A stretch of DNA of 64,000 bases, taken from the NCBI GenBank assembly GCA_951406725.2, contig OX597818.1, positions 91,078,001 to 91,142,000 on the forward strand, read 5' to 3'. The notes beneath the pieces were generated by a model. That model saw only the letters and a list, made by a program, of their open reading frames with translations. It had not been told where the DNA came from and made no database searches. The translations under genes and the position numbers were made by a program. Below are positions 48,906 through 61,508 of the stretch, piece by piece; position 1 is the first letter of the stretch; each line of letters starts with the position of its first letter. This stretch comes from Octopus vulgaris. Lineage: Eukaryota.

Positions 48906-51159
48906 CAACTGATTTTTCAGAGCGCCTGAAGATTCGTGACTACAACAACGAAGATAAGGCTAATATCCCGAATATATAGATATGTATATCGATGTATAAT
49001 AATGATATTCCTAATTTCAGAAATTAGCACAATTCACACACACACATACATACACACACATATACACAAACATACATACACACACGCATGCACGCACACA
49101 CACAGACGCACGCACACAAACACACATGCACGTACACAAGCACGCACGTACACACACACGCACATACACGCACAAACACACACGCATACGCACGCTCATA
49201 CGCACAAACTTTTACAGTTTTACCTTTTTAGTATTTTCAATCTGCGTTCAGTGACAATTCTGGGGCACCACAGTTGTTCGGGATAATCTTTTAGTAACTT
49301 TAATTCTTTGGCAAACTTTTGGTCAATGCTGGAGTTTGACGTTGCACTCATTTTCAATTCTTAACCCGAGATACAGTCATCTGGGGTTTGAAATCAAAGT
49401 ATGCCCACTTGTCTCCAAAAACATGTCCACATTCACACAACGTGGATCAGTTTCTGGCCGTAACTCCAGACGGCAAAAGCGGGTCCTTTGGTACTGTGCA
49501 GCGCCAGCCTGCACCAGAATCTTTGCAGACATATAATTCTAATACTAGATGATACTGGAAGCAATTTATCAAATCTGATCTAGGCAGCATCCTCAGTTAA
49601 GTTGATGAAATTCCAAACAGATACAAGTTAATTTTAAAGTTAACGACAGAAAATCATCGCCGGAGGTAGTAGACAGATTCCACTCTATGATTGAATGTAT
49701 ATTTCGTTACTTTTTCTCTTTTTTTTTTACATAACATATTATTATTAACTAAATGTTTTAAACTTATATATAAATAACACACTCTGTGAATAATATGAAA
49801 GCTGTAGTCTAATTGAAGACAGAGAAACGTCTTTCATTGATACACATTGATAAGGTTTTATAAAGAACTGAGAATTAAACGTTCATCTCATGAAGAGGAT
49901 GTATATCACTCACCAGCAACGTTTGTCGTCTCCAAATCTCCTGAAGCAATTTAGAGATAAATGCATTTAGAGATATGGTGATATCACTGAACGACTCGAT
50001 TTACGTCGAACCACAAAAATTAAACATTATATGAGCGGAATTTCAATGATTTGCACTAACTCAGACTTATTACAGAACATGGAAATGAAAGAAAATATTG
50101 AAGTTCTACGAAATGCTGGCGATTCTGATGATAATTTCATTATGTAACTTTTATTTCAACTGATCTATAGATTTACTGTTGAGTTATTATGAATGAATTA
50201 TTGCAATAACGATAGATAATACCATGGTATTGTAAAAATATACTATTAAAATATGTTGCTGTTAGTTTTCTGCGGTGGTTTAGAGTTGTAATTCCAAAAC
50301 CAATAATCTACGATCAATTTTACTACGCGCACGCGCACGTATATGCACGCACACGTATATGCACGCACGCACATACACTCATACACATGCACAGACATGC
50401 ACATGTAGAGAGAGACGCATGCTTAGCTGAGTTTAAAAGATATTTAATGAATAATATGAAAAAACATCATTTATATATATATATGATGCAGCACGGATAT
50501 TTGTCAGTGAACAGGCCGCGGTCTTAAAGCGACGAAAATATTTTGACAAATTAAACTTAAATGTTGAAGTGAATCGAACGGCTTTTGTGTGTTTCTTAAA
50601 TGGCTTACAAACACCTTCCACGCTGCAATTGTTTTTGTTTCAGCACACGATCTCAGATCAAATCACTTGCTATGCAAGTACATCTCCGTAATATATATAT
50701 ATATATATATATATACTAAAATGAATTTTTTGATATTACAAAAAAATATATATAATGTTTTCCTTCATAATTTTCCCAAATTGTTGAGTCCAGTATTGTT
50801 AAAAACTTTCCTAGACTTTTCTTAAATGTTTCTCAATCAACCACCCATAGAGAGAATTCTTTACTATTTTAGAGCTGTGCTAAGATGCCAAAAACAAAAA
50901 CAAAAAAACTAAATAACAGCAACTCAATACCTACTTAACCGAACAGTACATACAGAAATACTTGTGCATTTCCTTTTAATAAGATATGTAACAGCAGTAT
51001 AATGTACGTACAACAATTATATATGAAGTAGGCATTATCACCAACAAAGCAAATGACGCACGCAAATACTATAGTAGAAGATAAATTTAAACATGCTTCA
51101 ATTGTATTCTTCCTTTCATAAATACAGAAAAAATTAATATAACCAGGCTAAATATTTAT

Positions 51160-51365
51160 AGTTAATCCAAACATGAAAACACAAAGAGAAAACACAACAA
51201 CGCGAGGATGTGGAACAAGTATAGTGTTATTGGACGCTCAGGAAATGAAAGAAAGAAGGAGGATTTAACGTTTCGAGCGGAGCTCTTCGTCAGAAACATA
51301 GAAAAAGGAAAAATCCAAGGAAGGGAAGACGGAGGAAAAAAATCGCCAAGGATACACACGCAGTC
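51160..51365 (-). mobile_element. Short Penelope-like tail element carrying a minimal HHR
   Basis: Tail homologous to 41580-41700 (+), with cgaaacgtt...ctttctttcattcc.tgagcgtc; HHR at 51263-51297. Confidence 0.6.
51263..51297 (-). ncRNA. Minimal Penelope-type hammerhead motif
   Basis: Minus strand GTTT-CTGACGA-A-GAGC(TCC)GCTC-GAAA-CGTT-AAAT; loopless palindromic stem III. Confidence 0.65.
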
Positions 51366-51374
51366 ACGCAAGAC

Positions 51375-51625
51375 CCCCTTCGGTCATGAATGGCCATGGG
51401 ATAGCAACTAGAAAGTTGCCCTCCGAGGTACAAGTCTGGCCAAGTTTATATATGAAAGACACGTAGTCGCCCATGCGTACCAGCCTCCTCTTTCCACGTC
51501 ACTGATGTTATCCAAGGGAAAGTCAAAGGTCGATACGGCTTGGCACCTGTGACGTCGCAACTCATTTCTACAGCTGAGTGAACTGGAACAATGTGAAATA
51601 AAGTGACTTGCTCAACAACACGACA
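51375..51625 (-). mobile_element. SINE family D fragment
   Basis: Shares ttcggtca.gaatg.cc.tggga..gca.cta.aa.gtt.ccctc.gagg with 31408-31530 and acagctgagtg.actgga.caatgtgaaat with 19305-19435. Confidence 0.55.
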
Positions 51626-51834
51626 CCACAATCCATTCTACCTTTTTTCAGACCAATAGAAAACTCTTGAGAGGGGCTGGCTCAGTCGATTACATGTATA
51701 TAATCGAAAAGGCTCCTCCCCGCAAGTTTCAGATCTTGAGTTAATAGTAGAGAAGATATTATTATTATAATATGATATATTGGGTCGATAAATACTTGCC
51801 ATTGCATTTTTAATCAACCAAATACGATATCACC

Positions 51835-52060
51835 AACTGATATCTGAAAAGTTCGATGAAATAACTCATGAACACAGCGATAGCTTCTACCAAAAGAGGC
51901 TCCATTACGCCGACTAGTCTGAACAAGAGGAGATAATAGAAAAAGAATCGTTCGTTTATTATCTCCCTTGGTTCAGGCCGGTCGACGTAATGGAGCATCT
52001 TTTGGTAGAAGCTATCACCGTGTTCATGAGTTATTTAATCGAACTTTTCAGATATCAATT
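51835..52060. repeat. Foldback hairpin, ~105-bp arms, ~14-nt loop
   Basis: 51835-51940 pairs with 51955-52060 with roughly 10-12 mismatches. Confidence 0.9.
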
Positions 52061-53296
52061 AGTGGGCTCTACAGGACAAGTTAGATAAGATAGACATGTA
52101 TTTTCTTACGGCTGATGTAGTTTAACTCTTTTTTTCTTTCAAGGCTTGAGTACCAATTGAAAAATTCAAATTTGATTGCAAAGAATTAACATTTGATGTC
52201 AATGAATCCAAATTAGATCGAAAACATATATATTATTATTATTATTATTATTATTATCATTATTATTTTTCCTTCTTCAAATTTTCTTCTCTTTCTCGCT
52301 GAGTGTTTTCCCTACACCTAGGGCAGAGAAGCTCATTGTATGCATTCCCAGATTACACACGCAAATTCATAGGTAAAATATGTATCTAAAAAATTAATGA
52401 ATAAATAAATTCATGAACGGATGTTTTCACAGCGATAATGCTCTTCTCAATACATAAGCCGTTCTAGTTCACACGATTTTTTTATTTGCTGCGGAGTAGT
52501 ACAGACGTACTTCCAACACCCTACATAAGTGCTGGTTAAAATTGTTGTTTTCACACTTTTGTTATCGTTTTATATGCTAAATTTTTGTCCAAATTTGTTA
52601 ATAACAACACGAAAAATCTCTTGGCTGATGTTCTGCAGTTGTTTTAGCGCCATGCGGGGCAATATTTTGCATCATAAACGGTTCGTCTAGTTAAAAAAAT
52701 AACGAACACTTGTACAAGATGGTATATTGAACTGCATTCATGTAAGCATAAAGGGAGAGGACGGCTCCTCCCCCAAGCCTCCCCTCAGACGAAGACTTTC
52801 CTCTTCTTCCGTTACTCACTTCCATAAATGACAACGAGCTGAAGAGTGATATTTGCGGCAACAACCACCACAAAAGTAACCACCGTCACCACCAGCACGA
52901 CCAGAGAAGGACGAAATAACTGTAGATCTGATGGATGAGGCAGATTACTGTGATAGGAGAGGCTGAGTATTTGAGAAAGATGGCACGCTACTGGCTTGCT
53001 GTTCAAAAGGTGAAGTTTTAACCGGGATAAAATAAACAAAGAGAAGAATCGTGTGTGCGTTTGTGAGGGAAATATTTGAAGCTGTTGCTGCTCGGATATT
53101 TGACGTTCGGTACAATAGCATTCTACTGTATGTTGACGAGAATGTCCGTGTGTGTGCTGCGTGTGTGTATGTGTGTGTTGTGTGTGCTTTATGCATGAGT
53201 GTGAATGAGTGTGAATGTATGTATGAGTGTGAGCGTGCGTTCGTGCGTGTGTGTGTTTAGTAACAATACCACCTCGTAGATATTATCAACCTGCTC

Positions 53297-53522
53297 TCTT
53301 TTACTTGTTTCAGTCACTTGACTGTGGCCATGCTGGAGCACCGCCTTTAGTCGAGCAAATCGACCTCAGGACTTATTCTTTGTAAGCCTAGTACTTATTT
53401 TATCGGTCTGTTTTGCCGAGTCGCTAAGTTACGGGGACGTAAACACACCAGCATCGGTTGTCAAGCGATGTTGTGGGGACAAACACAGACACACAAACAC
53501 ACACAGACACACACACACACTT

Positions 53523-53576
<54 letters not shown>

Positions 53577-53704
53577 GACGGGCTTCTTTCAGTTTGCATC
53601 TACCAAATTCACTATATTAGAAGACACTCGCCCAAGGTGCCCAAGGAACCCGGAACTATGTGGTTGGTAAGCAAGCTACTTACCACACAGCTACTCCTAC
53701 GCCT
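53297..53704 (-). mobile_element. SINE family A
   Basis: Same consensus, reverse orientation. Confidence 0.85.
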
Positions 53705-55763
53705 ATTAAGTTTATCATTGAAAATGCCATCAGATGTGATCGAATATTTGACAAAAGTATTCATTTGAATGTTGATGAGGATGCCCCCCTAGTCTCTGTG
53801 TATAGCACTCTGCGTATGTCCATGTCTGTGTGTTCGTGTGTGTGAGTATGTCTGTTTGCGTGTGAGTACAAAATCAGTACCACCTCGCCGATATAGTCAG
53901 AGCTGCAACCTGGTATTAAATTTATTCTTGAAAATGATCTGATCTGAAGTATGGATCGGCTCTTTATCACGCTGTTCTTGACTTGATGACTAGGCACAAA
54001 ACTGTTTAAATGATATGAGCTGCTAAAAGTGACTAAATCATGATTCGACTGAATATTTTCTTTCAGTTGTGCGTCTGACATGTGTATAAACCTTGCCTAT
54101 GAGCGACATATGTAGGAATACTGACATAGAGCGATATCTGCATATTAAATGTAAGTCATTATGCATGACGGCAGCGAGGCTATCAATGTACATAGGGAAA
54201 AGTGAAAGAGACATTTAGTTTACTTTGTACAAACATCAGCGTTATACATTGCTATGCGCTGTCTGGAAATTATCTGAATGGAGAGACGATTGGCGATTGT
54301 AGAAGCGTAATCTATTGTTTCTCACAACAAATACGGTCGAATATTTTGCTTCTGTTAAATGCACTGATTGCATGTATTAACTATTGTTTCAGTTAAGATA
54401 GTGGAATCGAAAACAATATCTTGATACATGTATATTTTCTTGGACCTAGCCTACCACTCTGTTTTCACTTTACGCCACAACAATAGATGATATTAGATGC
54501 GTTCCGTTTTATTTCACGTTTCCTGTTATAGAAGACCCATGGGGTTAGGTTTCTTCTTGCTTTTCAAACACTGTCTCGGAGAACATGTGATAGTGATAGG
54601 TATATTCTTTCCTCCTGTCGTTAAGCCGTCGAAAATGTAAATTATTTGGCAGGAAAACATGCTGACCAATAACTTATATAATTCACCGAAATTGTACATA
54701 TTTAGATATTAAGAGAGCTGGTATCGGCTTAAGAAACATCTTATTAGCTCCATAACACACACACACACACGATTTCTCTCTCTCTCCCTTCCCCCCTCTC
54801 TCTCTCTCACACACATACACAAATACACATAGACACACACACACACATGACTACGCTATCTTTCTCTCTCCCTCTCTTTCTCTCTCTCTCTCTATCTCTC
54901 TCTCTGTTACATACAGATACACAAAAATATACCCTCTCACACACAAACAAACATAAACGGAATCTCCCACGTTACATATAACTTCTACATATTTAATCGT
55001 GTATATATGTGCTTATTTAAGTATTTGCTTGTATATGCTTTTGTGTAAGTTTGTGTGTACGACGTGCTCACGAGTTGTATTCCATGAGAAATTTGCAGAC
55101 GGAATTGCCAACTTATTATAGCATAAATATTCCAAAGACTTTCGGAACATCCATTTTGTAAGAATCGATGTGAGACCTTTATAGCAAAAATTCATTGTAA
55201 TATTCGAAGTTTCTTTTCATCCGACAGACATCTGTACAATTTCGGTTTACAGCAATTGTCTCGATATTAATGTCTCATGACAAAGCAATAGAAGAAAAAG
55301 CAATAGAAGAAAAAGCCTGAAGGACATCTATGCATATATGTACAAAGGCACACAAAACAGATGCATAAATACATATATACATACATACATACGTACATAC
55401 AGACGTACGTACTGCGTACGTACGTATATATAGATAAGTAGGCCACACACATACATGTATATATGTACATGCATAAAATATTTAGAACCGACCACGATCT
55501 GCCATAAGACATATAAAAAATAATTGAACCGCAGCCACCAATACTAAACTTTCATATATTCTCGCACGTAAAGAATTGACTAGAAATATATGTGGAATAT
55601 ATTAAACATAAGAAAGTTTTGAAACCACAAAAAATAAAGAAAAATGTTGTTGCAGATCTTCTAATTGACAGGCCGTTTCTTAACAAGAATGCATACATGC
55701 TTACATACACACGTACGTACATACATACATACATACTTTAATACATATGGATGTATAAACATG

Positions 55764-55819
<56 letters not shown>

Positions 55820-55968
55820 TGTGTGTATACAAATATGTGCATGTATACATTTATGTATGCATATATGTATGTGTGTGTGCACGTATGTATGCATGGATAC
55901 ACCTGGACATATGCACACACACTCACCCATACACACACATATATACATATACATACATACATACTTAC

Positions 55969-56023
<55 letters not shown>

Positions 56024-56168
56024 ATACATGCAGGTGAGAACCAGTGTTTGTTTCTGTCAATATGTGTACATGTGTATAATTTAGATATACGAAGTAATTT
56101 TCTGAAAAAAAAACATCAATTACAGTTATGCAAAATATATATGCCTTCATATATACATGTACACATTC

Positions 56169-56224
<56 letters not shown>

Positions 56225-56257
56225 GTACATACATGCACACACAGCACACACACACAC

Positions 56258-56337
<80 letters not shown>

Positions 56338-56613
56338 CAGACATGCACACGGACATCTGTGCTTCTATTTGTCATGTAGTATTTCAGTTGCATTCAGATA
56401 TATTGTCAGTCATGCACTGTCTTACGAGAACACTTTTCATGTCTTTTTTTTTTCCTGTAGATCTTGTTTTCGTCGTTGATATTCTTGTTCATATTTTTAT
56501 TACCATTTGAGTATTGCAGACGTTATCGTATTGGTTTTCGTTTTTACTTGACGTCTGGAATCGTGTTTGTTATTCATCACGATATTTAATTGTATACATT
56601 TCTACAGTCTCAC

Positions 56614-56679
56614 CTGCCTCCATTACCAGCATACGTTGCTTTGCTATTTTAATTGGTCTTCAGCAAGGACGTGCACTAC
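56614..56679 (-). other. Candidate exon of an unidentified minus-strand transcript
   Basis: Acceptor T-run-cgcag|, donor CAG|gtgaga; stops in all three through-frames, but contains ATG CTG GTA ATG GAG GCA G (MLVMEA, phase 1). Confidence 0.45.
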
Positions 56680-56903
56680 CTGCGAAAAAAAAAAAGATGC
56701 AATTAAGAATGGAATGTAATCATCAATTATTTACAACTGTGTTAATAACACCCTGCAGTAGAGAACGAGACTTAACTCTACGATGTTGGTCTCGGCGTCC
56801 TTGGGTACGTATGTATGTATGTATGTATGTATGTATGTATGTATGTATGTATGTATGTATGTATGTACGTATGTGCGCATGTATGTATAATGTATATACG
56901 CAT

Positions 56904-57008
<105 letters not shown>

Positions 57009-57076
57009 GATGTACATCTATCTATCGATCTGTCTATCTATCTATCTACCTTTCTATCTAGCGATATATATATATA

Positions 57077-57200
<124 letters not shown>

Positions 57201-57849
57201 GTATGTATGTTTGTGTGCGTGTGATTGAAATATATATGAGCTGAGACAAAAAAAATATAGACCTCGCCATTACGTTACTTGTCATTGGTACTCTCATGCC
57301 ATTTCCTTTCTTCATGTGAATGTTATCACCGGGAATTGTCTTAACGTCTTCAACAGTAAATACGAACGATAGCAAAAAATTGTGATGCCTTCTATTACAC
57401 TACTATTTAAAGTGTCATTGCCGCGCTGAATATTACTCTGTCGTATGCTACTCCTGGATTCCGCTGTACAATAAGAAAATTTTGTAGATGAGAAGTCAGA
57501 ATGGAACTCTTGTAAGACCAGTAAGATTTGATATATTTCTGCAATTTTTTCTTAATTCACTTTCTTACGAATCTCGTCTGTTGGCTTCCGGCTTCCAAAA
57601 ATGGAGTGTAAACAATTTATAAAATATGGTTTATTATTTTAACATAGCGCTATTTTAAATGTTTCATCGCTCTTTAAAACATTGTGAATTTGTGGCAAAT
57701 ATACCCGAAGATTTCATGTGCATCTAGAAGCCATGGACATGCACCTATGCATTTCCTCTTCCGTGTGCAAGTCTGAGTAACATTTTACGATTACGGGGCA
57801 CTATTTGTTGATTCTGGATGCAAATCTACACTTTCCACACAATTGTTGC

Positions 57850-58316
57850 TATCATCATCATCATCATCATCATCATCGTCGTCGTCGTCGTCGCCGTCCT
57901 CGTCGTCGTCGTCATCATCATCATCATCATCATCCCCATCAATTAACGTCCGTTTTACATGCTGGAATGGGTTGGACGGTTTGACTGAGGTCTGGAGATC
58001 CAGCGGCAGCAACAGACTCCAATCTGATCTGGCAATGTTTCTACAGGTGGATGCTCTGAGAGTGTAGTGAGTGCTTTTTACGTACCACTGGGACACTGAG
58101 CCAGTCAAGCGGGCTTGGCATTGATCACGTACTTTGGTCACGTTCGGATGGTGCTTTTTACGTGCCACTGGCATGGGAGCTAATCAGGGGTCAGTGGCTA
58201 CAGCTACGATATTGGTTTTACCTTGGCTTCTTAATCAGAGCATATCTCCAAAGATCTGTGAGGCCCAATATTTGAAGGTCATGCTTCACCCCCTCATCCC
58301 ATGTCTTCTTGGATAG
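57850..58316 (-). mobile_element. RTE-like LINE 3' end with (GAT)n tail
   Basis: Minus strand PRRHG/RKTW-like C-terminus near 58310, UTR, then (CAT)n/(CGT)n tail on +. Confidence 0.5.
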
Positions 58317-58754
58317 CAACTCATCAAGGGTATTCGTAACAGGACTGGACATGCATGGCTACGATCTCAGTTTCAATTCCCGGACCGGGCGTTGTGAGTG
58401 TTTATCGAGCGAAAACACCTAGAGTTCCATGAGGTTCCAGCAGGGGATGGTGGTGTACCCTGCTGTACTCTTTCACCACAACATTTATTCACTCTTTCTT
58501 CCGTTTCTTTGTACATGTATTTCAAAAAGCCAGCCTTCTCATATGCTGTGTCACGCTGAATCACCCCGAGAACTATGTTCAGGATATACGTGTCTGAGGA
58601 GTGCTCAGCCACGTACACGTTAATGTCACGAGCAGGCTGTTCCGTTGATCGGATCAACTGGAGTCCTCATCGTCATAACCGACTAAGAGCCACGATTCAT
58701 GTATATATATATATAGAGAGAGAGAGAAAGAGAGGGGAGGGAGGGAGAGAGATA

Positions 58755-59190
58755 CTCTTTTACGTGTTTCAGTCATTTTACTGCGGCCATGCTGGAGCAC
58801 CGCCTTTATAATCGAGCAAATTGACCCCAGAGCATATACTTTGTAAGCCTAGTACATATTCTATCGGTTTCTTTTGCCGAACCACTAAGTTACGGAAACG
58901 TAGACACACCAGAATCGGTTGTCAAGCGATGTTGGGGGACAAACACCAACACACGAACACACACAAACATACATATATCTATACATACATATATACATAT
59001 ATCTATACATACATATATATATATATACATATACGACGAGCTTCTTTCAGTTTCCGTCTACCCACAAGGCTTTGGTCCGTCAGAGGCTATAGTAGAAGAC
59101 ACTGCCCAAGGTGCCACGCAGTGGGACTGAACTCGGGACCATGTTGTTCGTAAGAGCAAGCTACTTACCATACAGCCACTTCTGCGCCTT
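58755..59190 (-). mobile_element. SINE family A
   Basis: Same consensus; partial or degenerate copies also at ~9611-10070, 14165-14330, 24200-24365, 29676-29826, 31800-31995 and 41990-42150. Confidence 0.85.
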
Positions 59191-59240
59191 TAAGGCAGAC
59201 AAAATACCACTAAGCATTTCGCCCGGCGCGTTAACGTTTC

Positions 59241-59309
<69 letters not shown>

Positions 59310-59310
59310 A

Positions 59311-59344
<34 letters not shown>

Positions 59345-59393
59345 CGTGTATGTGTGTGTGTATATGTATACGTATACATACATACATACATAC

Positions 59394-59441
<48 letters not shown>

Positions 59442-59808
59442 ATAATTATGTTGAAGGAGAAAGTTGAAATAGGACTTTTCTCTTGCATACTGAATGAATG
59501 TTTAAACATTGCGAAGTTACCGAAGCTCCCTAAATACACGCGATTGAAAGCGGGCTAGTGAAAAGATATTTAGAAAAAGACACCAGCTTAATTGCGAATT
59601 ATGTATTTTCAAGATTAAAATCTTAAATAGATTTTCTGATCATCATGTGAAAATATATGAACAGGTGTTAGTACATACCCATAACAAAGCGAATCTGCAT
59701 GTCTATGCACAGATTTAAACTTTCTCACGAAGATCACATGCATTTATATCAAAATCCGACCGCTGAAAATGTGGATTTTTGATGGGGAGTAAAAATGTTA
59801 TACTAATA

Positions 59809-60207
59809 TCTTTATATATAAAAGAGAGGTTGTGTGCTGTCTGTCTCCTACGATTTAGATTCCAAACTACTCCCACATTTTGCGGTGCAGTTTAACCAAA
59901 ACCGGGTATCTTATAGTCGTGATTCATATCGAGCCCTTCTGGGTATTAGCGCGCGTCTACGATGAGTCTACGATTTAAAAAAAAAAATACCGCCATTTTT
60001 TTCCATTTTAATGCATTTTTTTCGCTATTATATAAGGGACGTAACTCTCTAAGAATGTCTACGGTGAGTCAACGATTTAAAATAAATTTACCATAATTTT
60101 TTTTCCATTTTTAATGCATTTTTTGCTATTCTTTGGCTATAACTCTCTAAAAATGCTTTATAGTTATTTCCCTTACAAACCCGAGCAACGCCGGGCGATA
60201 CTGCTAG
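59809..60207 (+). mobile_element. Non-autonomous Helitron
   Basis: A|TC...same CCCGAGCAACGCCGGG hairpin...CTAG|T; internal ~100-bp tandem duplication. Confidence 0.75.
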
Positions 60208-60632
60208 TTTCATATATTTATATATTTTCCTAAAATAAGGATAAAAATCACTTAAATGATAATTATCAGGTAGTCAGCATTAAAATAAAGAATTTATATA
60301 TTAATTTAATTTTTACACATAAGTACATGTCATATATGGAATAATTATAAACAGGACCGATTTTAGCCATTTCTCCGCAGAGTGAAACAACTTTAATCAA
60401 TTTCGAACCTTATTGAGTTCTCATCAAATGAGGCAACGTCATTTTGACGGTCTCCAGAGAGACAACCAACCAAACTGTTTATATACTTAACAAATACGGA
60501 AGTTACTTTATGAAGGAAACACTAATTTGGATACCGAAAGTGATTAACACTCTATATATACCAGCGGCCTGTCAGCAGGGATCTTAGTCCACACAGTATC
60601 AAGGTATGATATAATAAACATGTAACACATGG

Positions 60633-60921
60633 TATAATTATATTAAGGGAGAAAGTTGAATCGTGACCTTTCCCCTCCATACTGAATGTCTAAACATTAT
60701 GAGGCTATCGTGAAAAACGCCATAAATACATGCGATTAAAAGCCGGTTAGTGAGGAGATATTAAAAAAAAAGACACCACATTAATTAAGAATTAGCTAAT
60801 TAGCTAATTTCAAGATTAAAATCTTAAATAGTTTTTCTTCCCACCAACAGCGTTATGCATGTTTATACATTCAGTATGGAGGAGAGAATTCATGCTCCGA
60901 CTTTCTCTCTTAATATAATTA
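60633..60921. mobile_element. MITE-like element with ~60-bp degenerate TIRs; partial second copy at 59441-59636
   Basis: 60633-60695 is the reverse complement of 60860-60921; 59441-59636 aligns to 60633-60835. Confidence 0.55.
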
Positions 60922-61144
60922 TATATATATATATGCATACATACATATGAATCTTACTATTTGAAAACGATTGTGCCCACTTAATATGTTTCGCTATGCA
61001 GAAAATCACAGCAGTAAAAAACAGCACGGTTGGAGGTACAACCATATGGTGTTGCAACCGTGCGTTGGTGCGGATAATTGAAATTAGAACATTATTGGTG
61101 AATTGAAGAAATGGAGCTGAACGCAGATTGAACAGAAATCGTTT

Positions 61145-61238
61145 TATTTCATTCTACACGTGTTTCGAAAGGCACAAATTACCAAAATCCGATGGAATAA
61201 TGGGACCATATTGTGTCTTTCTCTTCAGGAAGAAAATA
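61145..61238 (-). ncRNA. Type I hammerhead ribozyme
   Basis: Minus strand: stem I TATTTTCTTC/GAATGAAATA (9/10 pairs), CTGAAGA, stem II GAAAGaCACAA/TTGTGcCTTTC, GAAA, palindromic stem III ACACGTGT, GUA triplet (cleavage between 61155 and 61154). Confidence 0.8.
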
Positions 61239-61322
61239 GGAAATCCGTTGGAAAAACAAAAACAGAACAGAGGCAGAGCAAAAACAAATCGAACTATGCT
61301 CCTAAGAGCCCATGGCGAAACT

Positions 61323-61406
61323 CTGAAGAGAAAGACACAATATGGTCCCATTATTCCATCGGATTTTGGTAATTTGTGCCTTTCGAAACACGTGTAGAAT
61401 GAAATA
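61323..61406 (+). ncRNA. Inverted copy of the same hammerhead, lacking its stem I 5' arm
   Basis: CTGAAGA-stem II-GAAACACGTGTA-GAATGAAATA identical to the minus copy; the inversion breakpoint falls just 5' of the core. Confidence 0.6.
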
Positions 61407-61461
61407 AAACGATTTCTGTCCAATCTGCGTTCAGCTCCATTTCTTCAATTCACCAATAATG

Positions 61462-61508
<47 letters not shown>

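Larger units (their letters stand above)
61005..61463. mobile_element. Young Penelope-like insertion with 141-bp inverted arms and a flanking 70-bp direct duplication
   Basis: 61088-61228 and 61323-61463 are inverted with 1 mismatch seen; 60935-61004 = 61506-61575, each preceded by (TA)n. Confidence 0.7.

Noticed and set aside
49250-49620. Coding-like composition on the minus strand with CECGHVF
   Set aside because: Stops in all frames; unidentifiable, probably a decayed TE
61128-61423. Mirror-image 89-aa ORFs on both strands
   Set aside because: By-product of the inverted repeat
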